Assembly (NCBI GenBank): GCA_047150005.1
Contig: AP038806.1
Span: 1,152,001 to 1,216,000, forward strand
Length of the DNA: 64,000 nt
Origin: Nitrospira sp.
Lineage (GTDB): Bacteria; Nitrospirota; Nitrospiria; Nitrospirales; Nitrospiraceae
Direction of reading: 5' to 3'
This document shows positions 48,679 through 58,762 of the stretch, in pieces (the stretch's first letter is position 1; the number at the start of each line of letters is the position of its first letter). The notes under the pieces were generated by a model. It was given only the letters and a program-made list of their open reading frames with translations. It ran no database searches and was not told where the DNA came from. A program made the position numbers and the translations under genes.

Positions 48679-48858
48679 TCAGGCATGCCGATGATCGTGG
48701 GCGCCATGGTCGTCCTGGTGGTCGTGATCATGCGCGCCCTGTGCGCCGTGGCTATGCTCATGGGCATGCTGGTGTTGATGCGTATGGGTGTGACTCCCGG
48801 CCGCACCATGCGTGTGTGGATGAGTATGCTCGTGCGTATGTTCGTGAGCGCCTTTCAT
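48679..48858 (-). CDS. Histidine-rich small protein, 59 aa with 22 His (not in ORF track)
   Basis: AGGAGG RBS; MKGAHEHTHEHTHPHTHGAAGSHTHTHQHQHAHEHSHGAQGAHDHDHQDDHGAHDHRHA*. Confidence 0.85.
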   Translation of the reverse strand: MKGAHEHTHEHTHPHTHGAAGSHTHTHQHQHAHEHSHGAQGAHDHDHQDDHGAHDHRHA

Positions 48859-48936
48859 AGGACCCTCCTGGGTTGACCGCTATACGCATCGGGCCGATTG
48901 TATCATAGCCGGCTCAATTTCCTAGAAGAGCCTCAC

Positions 48937-49560
48937 CTAGAATCTGTACTGCACCCCCAGGGACGCATTCGTGTTGAAAAAATCTCGAAACGCGACGCTG
49001 GAGGCCCGCTGGGTCCGTTGGAAACCCACGGTCACCGTGGCGGACTCGGATAAGTCGTAGTGAAGTTCGGCCGTCCCCTGGTGAAGATCGTCGACGTTTC
49101 CCCGCAGCGGATCACCCACAATATCGCTCGTGAACTCTTTGTCCCGAAAGACGCAGATCAATTCCAGCGAGAGCGGAGCAAGGAGTCGGATCAGGGCGCC
49201 GAAGGAGACGAACTGTTGGCGGTAGGAAATGTCGTCCTTGTACTGAGGTTGGTCTCGTCCATCGGCGAGGCCCTCTTCGTACAGGTAGTCCAGCGTAAGC
49301 CTCAACCACGCTGTCGGATAAAAGCGGAGTCGAGGTCCGATCGTATAGAAGGTCGTATCCCGCTCCGAGAACGACTGATTATAGAGTCGAAGGCCGTATC
49401 GTCCGACGAGTGTGACGCTCCAGTGGTCGTTGAGTTGCTGTTCAAGCTGGAGGCGGACAGATCGGAGCGGCTGAAGACGACCGCTACCAGCCCCACCCAC
49501 AGCAGCACCATTGCGCGACCTGCAACCACCCCCCGATGCCCGACGAGCGGTGCCCCATCA
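48937..49560 (-). pseudogene. Outer-membrane beta-barrel protein, apparently internally deleted
   Basis: Amphipathic strands ending LGVQYRF; the signal-peptide-like MVLLWVGLVAVVFS is in another frame just upstream. Confidence 0.6.
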
Positions 49561-49565
49561 CGGTG

Positions 49566-50033
49566 TCATCGGCCGAATGAGCGGATGTACACCAGCACAT
49601 ACCAGGCCTCTTCCTCCGTGAGCACCAGCGGGACGAACGAGGCCATGTCGGTTCCCGGGCTGCCGTGCTTGAGGATCCAGAACAACTCGCCGTCCGTTCT
49701 GGCGGCCTGCCAGAGTTTGTCGGTGAAATTGCGCGGCAACTTTCCCACAAGCCCAGGGATATCGCCGAAGCCCTTGCCATCGCGGCCGTGACAGGTGACG
49801 CAAAAGGCCTTTCCGAGGAACAACGCCTTTCCCTTTTCGACGTTCTCGTCAGTGGCCTCGAAGGGATTCTTCCAGTTTCGAGCCTCTTCCACCTGATCGG
49901 GGGGTACGCGTGGTTTCAGGACCGCCTCGTCCGTACCGAGTGCGGGAGTCCCCCAGCCCGATCCCATGACGACGCCGGACATCACCATGGCGCTCAGTCC
50001 AAACCTTCCCCGACGAACAATAAAACCGGCCAT
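49566..50033 (-). CDS. Monoheme c-type cytochrome
   Basis: Signal peptide, CVTCHG heme motif, distal Met in GTDMASF. Confidence 0.9.
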   Translation of the reverse strand: MAGFIVRRGRFGLSAMVMSGVVMGSGWGTPALGTDEAVLKPRVPPDQVEEARNWKNPFEATDENVEKGKALFLGKAFCVTCHGRDGKGFGDIPGLVGKLPRNFTDKLWQAARTDGELFWILKHGSPGTDMASFVPLVLTEEEAWYVLVYIRSFGR

Positions 50034-50122
50034 CGAGCCTCCTCGCGTTCCACAGCATCCTTCGCCGGTCGGGGCCGGCAGACTCGTGATTGGGTCGAGC
50101 CGGCCCCGATGACACCTTACTT

Positions 50123-50644
50123 TTACTTGTCAGAATGGCCCGGGAACTTGTGGCCGACCGACTGCGGGAACGACACGGTCCCGTCAGGAAATTCCAGGCT
50201 CGGCTGCCACAGATGATAGATGACGCCATCCGTCTCCATCGCAGCCTCCGCCACCTTTGCCGCTTGATCATCCGGCATGTCCAATACCTTGACCCGCCCC
50301 GTTGCAATTTCGACTCGATGGTCGTGGAAATAACGATGCCACTGGATGGCGGGAAGCTTCCTCGTCAGGTCCTTCGCAACGAAGTACTCAATGCCGACCA
50401 ATTTGGCCTTGGGATCCGTCGACTCAAAGAGCAGACATTGGAAGACTTTACCATCGGAAACCGGTTTACAGTAATGGTGATACGGGCCCCCGGGCTCCCC
50501 ATTGGCCATCACATGAGGGGCTATGACATGAATGTCATACCCATCCGCCGGTGACTTTGGCTCGCCGCCTACAGCTTCTGTGAGAAGCGGCCAAGCCAAT
50601 CCGATCGCCGCCATCGCGAGAACAGTGAGCAGTCGTTGTTTCAT
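50123..50644 (-). CDS. Secreted DUF1264/OBAP-like protein
   Basis: Signal peptide; HHYCK, QCLLF, LVGIEY, WHRYFHDH. Confidence 0.75.
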   Translation of the reverse strand: MKQRLLTVLAMAAIGLAWPLLTEAVGGEPKSPADGYDIHVIAPHVMANGEPGGPYHHYCKPVSDGKVFQCLLFESTDPKAKLVGIEYFVAKDLTRKLPAIQWHRYFHDHRVEIATGRVKVLDMPDDQAAKVAEAAMETDGVIYHLWQPSLEFPDGTVSFPQSVGHKFPGHSDK

Positions 50645-50987
50645 GACCAGGCACCTCCTGTGATGAGTGATTGTTGGGACCATCCCATATATCGAGCGGT
50701 CCGACGAAATGAACTGAGCGCCCTCCCCTGAGAGTCACCCGACCGACAAAGGATTCAGCAGCCTTTCATTCCGTTTGGGCCGCATCGGCAATCACGGTTC
50801 CTCCCTCATGGGAAAGACCGTGCTTCCAGCCGCCGCAGATTAGCCCAGAAACAGGCAGATGAGGAAAAAAATCTTCATCAATGGCTGTCTGAGGCCTCTA
50901 GGGGGCTTCCCAATAGCTCATTTTTACATTAATATTTACCCTAGATCCATTTGGAGGGTGCAGTGTAGGCCCATTTGCACATAAGGA

Positions 50988-51206
50988 ATGCCTATGCCTA
51001 AGCGTCATAAGTCGATGTCAGAATTCGCGCATAGCACGTTGTCTCTCACCGAATTCCTCGAAGAGGATCCGGATCTGGACATCGTTGAACAGATTTTCAT
51101 CGAAAATCATATATATGTGGTCCGATCGGCCTATGGAGCCTGGAAGCGGCGTCATCCGAGCGAGCGCAGCCTCACTGGTGACTCCTCCAAGAAAAGGATC
51201 TCCTGA
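50988..51206 (+). CDS. Hypothetical protein
   Basis: TAAGGA RBS; 72 aa, protein-like. Confidence 0.5.
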   Translation: MPMPKRHKSMSEFAHSTLSLTEFLEEDPDLDIVEQIFIENHIYVVRSAYGAWKRRHPSERSLTGDSSKKRIS

Positions 51207-51479
51207 ATCGCGTCTCCGTGGAGTTGCGAGAAATTGAATGTCCGTTGGATTTCTCGGCAGCCGGTGAATGTGTCTCCGCGCATGCTCTTATGCGGCTGCT
51301 TCAGCGCTGGCGGCGACAGGAAACATCGCATGTGTTGCGTCTGGACTGTCCATCGGTAGAGGAGAGGGTACGCCCGTGCAACCCGAGTATCCGTAACCAA
51401 CTGATATCACAAGGGCAACGCGGCATGAACGGCGAGATACCATTTGTGGTAGGCTGTCTGAGACCACAGGAGCCGCCCC

Positions 51480-51725
51480 ATGCGCATCCCTTCTCGAGTG
51501 GTCTTTCCGTTCGGCTATCGAATCTCGGTGCGGCAACTATCTGACTCCGAAATGGACCGGCGTGATCCCAATGCCGACGGCATCTGGGATGACGAGTTGA
51601 AGGTCATCTACTTACGTAAACGTCTGCCGGTCACCAGACGACGATATATCCTGGCACACGAGCTGGGCCATGCCTGGCTGGACTGGCAACATCGCCATCT
51701 CGATAATGGAAAGGCCAAAAGCTAG
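51480..51725 (+). CDS. Minimal ImmA/IrrE-like HExxH metallopeptidase domain protein
   Basis: IYLRKRL..RRRYILAHELGHA; AGGAG RBS. Confidence 0.75.
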   Translation: MRIPSRVVFPFGYRISVRQLSDSEMDRRDPNADGIWDDELKVIYLRKRLPVTRRRYILAHELGHAWLDWQHRHLDNGKAKS

Positions 51726-51736
51726 GCCGGGTCTTT

Positions 51737-52222
51737 CTATTTTTCTTCTTTGACCCCCGCCAATCGCAAGATGCAATTCCATTCCGATGGAGTCACGGGC
51801 TGAACGGATAATCGCGACCCTCTCCTCAACAGCTCCATCCGTTGAAGATCCGGCTCTTCTCTCAATCGATCCAGGGGAAGCGCCACGGGGAACTCCCGGC
51901 GATAGCCAATATCGACCATGTCCCATCGGGGATTGGACTTCGAGCTGCCCGGATCATAGTGATGACCGGCTTTGTCGAACTGTGTGTTATCGGGATAGGC
52001 AGTGCGCACCACCTGCGCAATGCCGGCAACACAGGGAGGATCGGCATTGCTATGATAAAACAGTACCTTGTCGCCGAGGGCCATCTGCCGCATGTAGTTC
52101 CTGGCCTGATAGTTGCGCACCCCATCCCAACTCGTGCGCTGTTTTGGAGACCGGGCCAGATCCCGAATGGAGAACACGCTCGGCTCCGACTTGACCAACC
52201 AGTATCTTCGTGATGTTGTCAT
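51737..52222 (-). CDS. EVE domain protein
   Basis: YWLVKSEP, WDGVRNYQARN, LFYHS, RLSVQPV. Confidence 0.93.
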   Translation of the reverse strand: MTTSRRYWLVKSEPSVFSIRDLARSPKQRTSWDGVRNYQARNYMRQMALGDKVLFYHSNADPPCVAGIAQVVRTAYPDNTQFDKAGHHYDPGSSKSNPRWDMVDIGYRREFPVALPLDRLREEPDLQRMELLRRGSRLSVQPVTPSEWNCILRLAGVKEEK

Positions 52223-52302
52223 TCGACACTCCCCGCGGGCCATGAGACCCTGTGCGTTCAGATGTACGCTATCGTGACGGTCTTACATCATCGAGGTGAC
52301 CG

Positions 52303-53115
52303 ATGGAACTGACGCCGTTCGTGTTCGGGCTGTATAAGTTCGCCAAGTACCTGCTGTATCCCCTGAGCTGGGTGATCGTTCTCTTGACCATGACGACGTG
52401 GCTGCTGCTGCTCCCCTCCACCACGGCGCGATTGCGATGGGTCCGCGTCGGTGCATGCGCCTCGCTCTTCGTCCTGCTTCTCATTTCCAGCCCTCTCCTG
52501 TCTTCCCAATTCATCGGTATGCTCGAAGCCGTCTATCCGATTCCGGAGGCGCCCACGCTCCGTCCCTATGACGCGATCGTCGTGCTGGGAGGAGGCGTTC
52601 TGGATCGAGGCACGCTGCGCCCCTCCGTCGAGCTCAGTTCCTCGTCACGCGAGCGCACCGCCTGCGGTGTCGATCTGTACCTCCGCGGCTATGCACCAAA
52701 ATTGGTGATTACCGGGGGGGATGCCAGCATCTTCGGCTCCGGCCCTATCGAAGCGGTCGAAATGAAACGGTGGGCGCATCGCCTGGGTGTACCGGAAGAC
52801 GACATCGTGATCGACGGCACGGCCAGAAACACGTATGAAAATGCGACTGCGACCCGCCGACTCTTGCAAGAGAAGTCGGTCCTGCTCGTGAGTTCGGCCA
52901 GTCACCTTCCGCGCGCTGCCGCGCTGTTCAGGAAACAAGGTTTTCAGGTCATGCCGGTGCCCTGCGGGTATTTCGCCAGGAATCAACCCGGAGACATCGT
53001 CAGTGATTTGAACATGCTCCAACTCCTGCCTGCGGACTTGGCGATCCTCCGTACCAGGGAAGCCGTGGTGGAAACTGCTGGGGCGTTTTTGCATCGCCTG
53101 ATGGGACAACTCTGA
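52303..53115 (+). CDS. YdcF/DUF218 (ElyC-like) envelope protein
   Basis: AIVVLGGG, ITGG, ARNTYENA, LVSSASHLPRA. Confidence 0.9.
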   Translation: MELTPFVFGLYKFAKYLLYPLSWVIVLLTMTTWLLLLPSTTARLRWVRVGACASLFVLLLISSPLLSSQFIGMLEAVYPIPEAPTLRPYDAIVVLGGGVLDRGTLRPSVELSSSSRERTACGVDLYLRGYAPKLVITGGDASIFGSGPIEAVEMKRWAHRLGVPEDDIVIDGTARNTYENATATRRLLQEKSVLLVSSASHLPRAAALFRKQGFQVMPVPCGYFARNQPGDIVSDLNMLQLLPADLAILRTREAVVETAGAFLHRLMGQL

Positions 53116-53167
53116 GCCACGACGCGGCGTCTGAGCCGCTCACATCCGCTCATACTCCCCCTGCTCT

Positions 53168-53530
53168 TCAGGTTCTGCCTTCAAGAAAATCCACCAGCGC
53201 CCGATAGGTGAGCTCACGAATGCGTGATTTGGAGGGGGCCGATTCGCTGCTGTTGACCTCTAACCATACCCGTTGGCTCACCCAGCTGCGTCCTTCGTTG
53301 CACTGGGTCCACATGTCGTGAAGAAAATCAGCCGGAAGTCCGACCTGAATGCCCTCGGACTCGATCCGATCATCGAGAATCGCCAAGAGATCTGAGATCG
53401 CCTGGTCGGACCGGTACGGAACGGGCGCGAACCCGAATGACGCCTCGGCGCTGGACTCCTGCCGAGCCTGCTCGACCAGGTCATGCATGTACTCTTTCAA
53501 TAGGCCGATCACGTGCCCGGACCACGCCAT
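53168..53530 (-). CDS. Hypothetical protein
   Basis: 120-aa protein-like ORF filling the gap between neighbours. Confidence 0.6.
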   Translation of the reverse strand: MAWSGHVIGLLKEYMHDLVEQARQESSAEASFGFAPVPYRSDQAISDLLAILDDRIESEGIQVGLPADFLHDMWTQCNEGRSWVSQRVWLEVNSSESAPSKSRIRELTYRALVDFLEGRT

Positions 53531-53752
53531 ACCCGCTCCTCGGCCGGCATTATGAGGATTGCAGGAGGACGGAGCAAGACGGAATGATTGTCCGGCTTCG
53601 GCCTTCTCCCGAACATCCCTTGGTCGGTTGACCCCCTCGCTGACGGTTACTTATGATGCTCGTGGATAGCGAGACGCGAACGGAGCCTTTTCCAATCAAA
53701 GCGGACCGACGCGCGCGGATGTTCAGTCGACAGCGGCTGGGAGAAGCGGTGC

Positions 53753-54535
53753 ATGACGGAGCGATTTGAGGTCACGTTGAACACCCCTGCAGGTCGTTTG
53801 ACGACCGCACTCGACGTTCCGACGGAACTCATCCCGATCACTTCCGTCGTACCGATCGCCCGTCGATTGGGCGAAGAGGCCGGGCATCTTGAAGAACATC
53901 ACGCTCGAGAAAGCGGTCAGATGATCTCCTGTCGAATGGGCTGCGCGGCCTGTTGCCGCATGCTCGTGCCGGTCTCTCCTCCGGAGGCATTCGCCCTCAG
54001 ACTGTACATCGAGCAACTTCCCGTCGAGCGACGGACTCGTGTGACCAAGCGCATCGCTGAGAGTCAGGCAACGTTGCGGACTCACGGACTGTGGGACCGT
54101 CTGTGGGCGGTCGCCGATGCCGGCACGGCCGTCTCCGATGAGGAATTGGACCCGCTCAACCGGGCTTATTACGCACTGCGCCACCCCTGTCCCTTCCTCG
54201 AAAATGAGATGTGCAGTATTTACGAGGCCCGCCCCGCAGCCTGCCGGGAGCTTCAAGTCACGTCCCCGGCGGAATACTGCGCGGACCTCGTCAACAACCC
54301 GGTGGTTGCTCTACCTGTTTCGATGAGGATCGGAACCATACTGGGCCTGTTATGGGGAAGCTTAACCAAGACCTCTCCCAGACTCATTCCTCTACCCGTC
54401 GCACTCAGCTGGGCCGACAAGCATGAGGAAGCCGCCGGGCGAACCTGGCCCGGATCACAGCTGATCGATGAATTGCTTGATAAAATCTGGCGTTTTCTCA
54501 GCCAGGAATTTGAAGCAAGAAAGTCCAAGCCGTGA
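53753..54535 (+). CDS. YkgJ family cysteine cluster protein
   Basis: CRMGCAACC ... CPFLENEMCSIYEARPAACR. Confidence 0.88.
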   Translation: MTERFEVTLNTPAGRLTTALDVPTELIPITSVVPIARRLGEEAGHLEEHHARESGQMISCRMGCAACCRMLVPVSPPEAFALRLYIEQLPVERRTRVTKRIAESQATLRTHGLWDRLWAVADAGTAVSDEELDPLNRAYYALRHPCPFLENEMCSIYEARPAACRELQVTSPAEYCADLVNNPVVALPVSMRIGTILGLLWGSLTKTSPRLIPLPVALSWADKHEEAAGRTWPGSQLIDELLDKIWRFLSQEFEARKSKP

Positions 54536-54615
54536 GCTCGACCGCTGAGCGAGCCAGAGCCTCAATCGCGTGAGTGAGCGCTCCGCGCTCGTCCACACAC
54601 AGAGAAAGGAGCAGC

Positions 54616-55236
54616 ATGCAGAAGCCTGTTATCGCCTGTCTCGACCTAGAGGGCGTCCTGGTGCCGGAAATTTGGATCAACGTGGCGCTCAACACCGGCA
54701 TCGAGGAATTGAAGATCACCACTCGTGAGATGCCCGATTACAACGCACTGATGAAACGCCGGCTGGCGATTCTCGAGCAACACGGCATCACCATCGGCGA
54801 GATTCAGTCGGTGATTGAAAAGATGGGCCCGCTCGAAGGGGCATCCGCTTTTGTCGCTTGGCTGCGAGAGCGCTGCCAGGTCATCATCCTCTCGGACACG
54901 TTCTATCAGTTCGCCCTGCCGCTCATGCGGCAGTTGGACTTTCCAACCCTTTTTTGCAATCAGCTGGAGATCGACCCCCACGGGAAGATTCTCGCCCACC
55001 ACATGCGGATCCAGAACCAAAAAAAGCATTCGGTTGCGGCTTTCAAGTCCTTGAATTTCTTCACCATAGCAGCAGGAGACGCCTACAACGACACCGCCAT
55101 GCTCGGCGAAGCCGACGCGGGTTTCTTCTTCCGGCCTCCCGATCATCTTCCGAAAGAGTTTCCTCAGTTCCCCGTCACGCAGAGCTATGCCGAACTCCGA
55201 GAGGCATTCCAAAAAGCCGGTTCGTTACGACCATAA
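54616..55236 (+). CDS. thrH: Phosphoserine phosphatase / homoserine phosphotransferase
   Basis: CLDLEGVLVPEIW, ILSDTFY, AAGDAYNDTAML. Confidence 0.93.
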   Translation: MQKPVIACLDLEGVLVPEIWINVALNTGIEELKITTREMPDYNALMKRRLAILEQHGITIGEIQSVIEKMGPLEGASAFVAWLRERCQVIILSDTFYQFALPLMRQLDFPTLFCNQLEIDPHGKILAHHMRIQNQKKHSVAAFKSLNFFTIAAGDAYNDTAMLGEADAGFFFRPPDHLPKEFPQFPVTQSYAELREAFQKAGSLRP

Positions 55237-55282
55237 GAGGAGACAGCGACAGACGGGCCTGTGTCGACCGGCTCTTAAATGA

Positions 55283-55320
55283 CGAATCCCCGCCGAAGCC
55301 ATGGCTTCGGCGGGGATTCG
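55283..55320. terminator. 38-bp perfect palindrome between convergent genes, probable bidirectional terminator
   Basis: CGAATCCCCGCCGAAGCCATGGCTTCGGCGGGGATTCG; no clear U-tract. Confidence 0.65.
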
Positions 55321-55341
55321 ATCTCCCGAGAAAGCTTTCCC

Positions 55342-55761
55342 TTACGGCGCGACGTAGCTCCCGTACTTGGGTACGGCATCGCAGCCGGGGCCCGTATTGT
55401 TGGCGGCCTGGCAGAGGTTCAGCAACGCGCCTTGCGCCGCCAATCGCTCTTCCTTGTGTAATGAGGCTTTCCCGTAATCAACGGCGAGCTGCAGCAAGTC
55501 CTTCGTGCGCTGGCTGCTACCTCCCGCCTCGTTCAAGGCGTTCTGCAATTTGGCCGTCGCACTGGCGATCACTCCGACATCGGCCCCCCATCGCTTGTTG
55601 AGATCAACGGTGGTGCGCTTCCCCACCCCGGGTGCGTCGGTCAACTCCGCGATGGCATCGTTCGTCAACGCAATTGGGTCAGCCTGTGCCGCGGGTACCA
55701 TCACAAGGGCCACCCCCGTGAGAGCCATCCCGCCCAGAACCAGCATCAATGTAATCTTCAT
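55342..55761 (-). CDS. Secreted small helical protein of unknown function
   Basis: Signal peptide ending AQA, C-terminal Cys pair, AAGGAG RBS. Confidence 0.75.
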   Translation of the reverse strand: MKITLMLVLGGMALTGVALVMVPAAQADPIALTNDAIAELTDAPGVGKRTTVDLNKRWGADVGVIASATAKLQNALNEAGGSSQRTKDLLQLAVDYGKASLHKEERLAAQGALLNLCQAANNTGPGCDAVPKYGSYVAP

Positions 55762-55835
55762 GGACATCTCCTTCGTCGTTATGCGTGTAGCTTCGGCCCT
55801 CTGAGAATGGGCCGCGCATTACGTGTCCCGGCTGC

Positions 55836-57536
55836 TTAGAAGTTCATCCAGAGCTGGACGTATGCCCAATCCTGGCCGGTGCTGTTTCCCAAGTTCTCGG
55901 CAATGTAGCCGCCTGCCCAGAGGTGACCCCAGGTCGCTTGGAAGGCTACCTTGCCGTCGGCGAACATTCTGGTCCAGCTGACGTCCAATTCATCGCCGAT
56001 ATGCGTCTTGGTATTGCCGTTCTTGGAAAAGACGTACACGCCCTGTGAGCCGCGGTACCAGTTGTCACGGGCGTTCGCCAGGTTCAAGTTGGTGTACCAT
56101 ACTTCCACGTGGTCGCGAGCCGACGGCCGGAATTGGAGGTTGGCCGACGGACTGAGCATGTTTTTCCAGGCCTGGACGTCCATGTAGCCCATGTGGATGT
56201 GGTTTGTGGGGAAGAAGTTTTCAAACGTATTCGCCGTGCTGCAGTTTGTGTTGCTTCCCGCGAGGGTACAATTGGACCTGCCATCGCCGGAGGCGTAGTC
56301 AAAGTTGAAGCCCAGGCGCGGTTTCCAGGCATGTTGATAATGCGTGTAGCCGATCCAGTTTCTGGTTGCCCAAGCGTTGATATGAAGATTCTTCTGGTTT
56401 CCGTACCCGTTCTGAATCGCGTTGGCTCCGGTGGCACCCATTTGACCGAACTGCCAGGCGACCTCGTTGATGGCGTCGAAGTTGCCCTTCCGCATTTCGA
56501 TCCGGTTGCCGATCATATGACGGGTCTGGTTTGAATGCTTGGCCGTACCAAGACCCTGTGCCCCGAAATCCGCCGAGTTGAGGTTGTTCTTGTAGTACAC
56601 GTAGAACGGCTCGATCAGGAAGCCCGGGATCGACTTCAACTGGTTATAGAAGATGATCATATCGGCATCGAGATTGGCGCTGCCGTTGTTGAGGGTTCCG
56701 CTCGCCCCGTTGGCGAGATTGTTTTGGCCGCTGCCAACCGGGGCCGCTTGTCCGATATCAGACTCTGAATTGCGGAACCACCCGAGGTAGGAATCGAAGG
56801 TCTTGGTGCTGTAGCTCAGCATGACACCGTCATGGGAGTAGCCGGTGTTGGCCCAGTCGAAGTGCCCGAACAGCGAATGGTTGCCGAAGATGACGTATTG
56901 CCGACCGGCCTTGATGCTCAAGCCCTGCACGCCACCGAGATTCCTGACCAACATGTAGGCGGCACGGACGCCGAGGCGGCCGTTGTTACCACCGCCACCC
57001 GCAACACCTCCGTTGTGGTTCAGCGGGTCGCCACCGTTCCCGGCGTTGACGTTGCTCCCGTTTCCACCCCAGGTTGCGGAATCGATGATTTCCATATAGA
57101 AATTCACGTCCGGCGACAGATCATAGCCGATGCCCAACCGCACCCACTGTTGCACGAAGAAATCGTTGGCTTTTCCTTGAGTGCCGTTGGCGAAATTCCC
57201 CCCGAACGAGTTACAGGCACCGTTGCCCGGATTGCCCGGCATGGCGTTTCCGAAGCAGACACCGTTCCGCATTTCCGGCCGGACGCGCACGTCGGCGCGC
57301 ATCCAGAAATTCTTGATGTCGAAGTTTCGGCCGATGGCGGGGTCGTAGATTTCGTAGGCTTCCTTTTGCGGCATCGCACGAGGGATGGCGGGGAGGTTCG
57401 TAATCCGTTCACCTTCCGGTAGTTCGAAACCAGCCTGGGCTGGGACACTCACGAGAGATATGCCTGCTGCCATGACGGCCGCGCTGAAGAAGGTGGCCGC
57501 GCCGGCCCACCCTGTCCGACCTAGGATACTTCTCAT
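55836..57536 (-). CDS. Alginate-export-family outer-membrane beta-barrel / porin
   Basis: Signal peptide, AGRQ, YASGD, FFPTNH; C-terminal YVQLWMNF. Confidence 0.85.
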   Translation of the reverse strand: MRSILGRTGWAGAATFFSAAVMAAGISLVSVPAQAGFELPEGERITNLPAIPRAMPQKEAYEIYDPAIGRNFDIKNFWMRADVRVRPEMRNGVCFGNAMPGNPGNGACNSFGGNFANGTQGKANDFFVQQWVRLGIGYDLSPDVNFYMEIIDSATWGGNGSNVNAGNGGDPLNHNGGVAGGGGNNGRLGVRAAYMLVRNLGGVQGLSIKAGRQYVIFGNHSLFGHFDWANTGYSHDGVMLSYSTKTFDSYLGWFRNSESDIGQAAPVGSGQNNLANGASGTLNNGSANLDADMIIFYNQLKSIPGFLIEPFYVYYKNNLNSADFGAQGLGTAKHSNQTRHMIGNRIEMRKGNFDAINEVAWQFGQMGATGANAIQNGYGNQKNLHINAWATRNWIGYTHYQHAWKPRLGFNFDYASGDGRSNCTLAGSNTNCSTANTFENFFPTNHIHMGYMDVQAWKNMLSPSANLQFRPSARDHVEVWYTNLNLANARDNWYRGSQGVYVFSKNGNTKTHIGDELDVSWTRMFADGKVAFQATWGHLWAGGYIAENLGNSTGQDWAYVQLWMNF

Positions 57537-57907
57537 AGCGTTCCTCCTGTGAATTGGATAGCAACCAACACCTGACCGACAGTGCCTGGCTGCCGACTTG
57601 ACATCCAACTGCGTGTCATATCGACAAGTTTCCTTTTCGGTTACTCGCCCGGAAGGCCGCTGTGCCCACGCCTTCCGCTACTACCACCGACGATTACTTT
57701 CTCACCAACGCTCTGCCCGAGCCAGCAATTTCACGTTTCCTGAATACGACGCCGTACTCAGCCCTGCCGTCGTCGGATCAGGTGAGCGGTGGTCACCCCC
57801 TTCCCACGATCCATTCTCCTGCGTGCCTCTTCATGCCTCGCAAGATAACGGTATTCTGACTGGTTGATTTTCGGCCGCTTTCGTCGTTGGGCCGCGTCAT
57901 TCGTGCA

Positions 57908-58207
57908 TCAAGCCTGATTGCCGGTTCCCGGGCTTCCGGCTGGCTTTTCGACCGGCGTCGTGGCCGCGTTGATTTCCTCTTCAGCCTCCTTCATCGAGGC
58001 TTGGAAATCCTGTTCGACCATCTTGACCTCCTGCTGAATCATGTTGAGTTCCGGCTCAACCGATTTTCTGAGGTCTTCCGCCGTTTCCTTGAAACCTTTG
58101 ACTGCCTTGCCGACCTGTCGACCGACTTCAGGCAACTGTTTGGGGCCGAACAATAAGAAGGCGATGACCAGAATAATGAGTATTTCGCCGGCACCCAGCC
58201 CGAACAT
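57908..58207 (-). CDS. TatA/TatB family translocase subunit
   Basis: LLFGPKQLPEVGRQVGKAVKGFK. Confidence 0.88.
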   Translation of the reverse strand: MFGLGAGEILIILVIAFLLFGPKQLPEVGRQVGKAVKGFKETAEDLRKSVEPELNMIQQEVKMVEQDFQASMKEAEEEINAATTPVEKPAGSPGTGNQA

Positions 58208-58276
58208 GCTTGGTCATGCGTAAAACGTGGTGCGTCGCGCGAGAAGCAACAGAGGGAAGCGTCGGTTTCCTCTTGG

Positions 58277-58303
58277 CGCTTCACGCTTCACGCTCACGCT
58301 TCA
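58277..58303 (+). repeat. Short tandem heptamer repeat (CGCTTCA) x~4 in an intergenic region
   Basis: CGCTTCA CGCTTCA CGCTCA CGCTTCA. Confidence 0.7.
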
Positions 58304-58316
58304 CATCTCCTCTTAG

Positions 58317-58583
58317 TTATCCTTGTTTCACTTGCTGCCCCTGCTGCGCCGGAGCATCAGCGGAGGGGGTCGTTTGATTCTGCGTGACTTGCTGTTGCAT
58401 GGGCGGTGGGGCATCGGGGGGAGGCGTGACATCGATGGCATCCGCCTCATTCACGCTTTTTTTGAACCCTTTGATCGCTTTTCCAAGACCTTCGCCGAGC
58501 TGTGGAATCTTCCCCGCCCCGAAAATGATCAAAACGATGATCAAAATCAGGAGCAATTCCATCCATCCGAACGATCCGAACAT
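58317..58583 (-). CDS. tatA: Twin-arginine translocase subunit TatA
   Basis: IIFGAGKIPQLGEGLGKAIKGFKK. Confidence 0.92.
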   Translation of the reverse strand: MFGSFGWMELLLILIIVLIIFGAGKIPQLGEGLGKAIKGFKKSVNEADAIDVTPPPDAPPPMQQQVTQNQTTPSADAPAQQGQQVKQG

Positions 58584-58762
58584 CCTGGTACTCGCTCTCC
58601 TCTTCGTCCCACAGCTCCCGGGAGAAGCCGGAGACTCTTACGGGCACAAAAGGCGGGAAACGACAGGCGAACGGCGAGGAGGCTATAGTAGAATTACAGA
58701 TTAGTCAAGTCTAATTTGAAGGCTTCTGTCTTTCGAGGCCGGGCAAATAGCGACGGGAGGAG

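Noticed and set aside
48685..48876. Met/Val-rich 63-aa plus-strand ORF
   Set aside because: Exact antisense of the His-rich gene (CAT/CAC read as ATG/GTG); the RBS supports the minus strand
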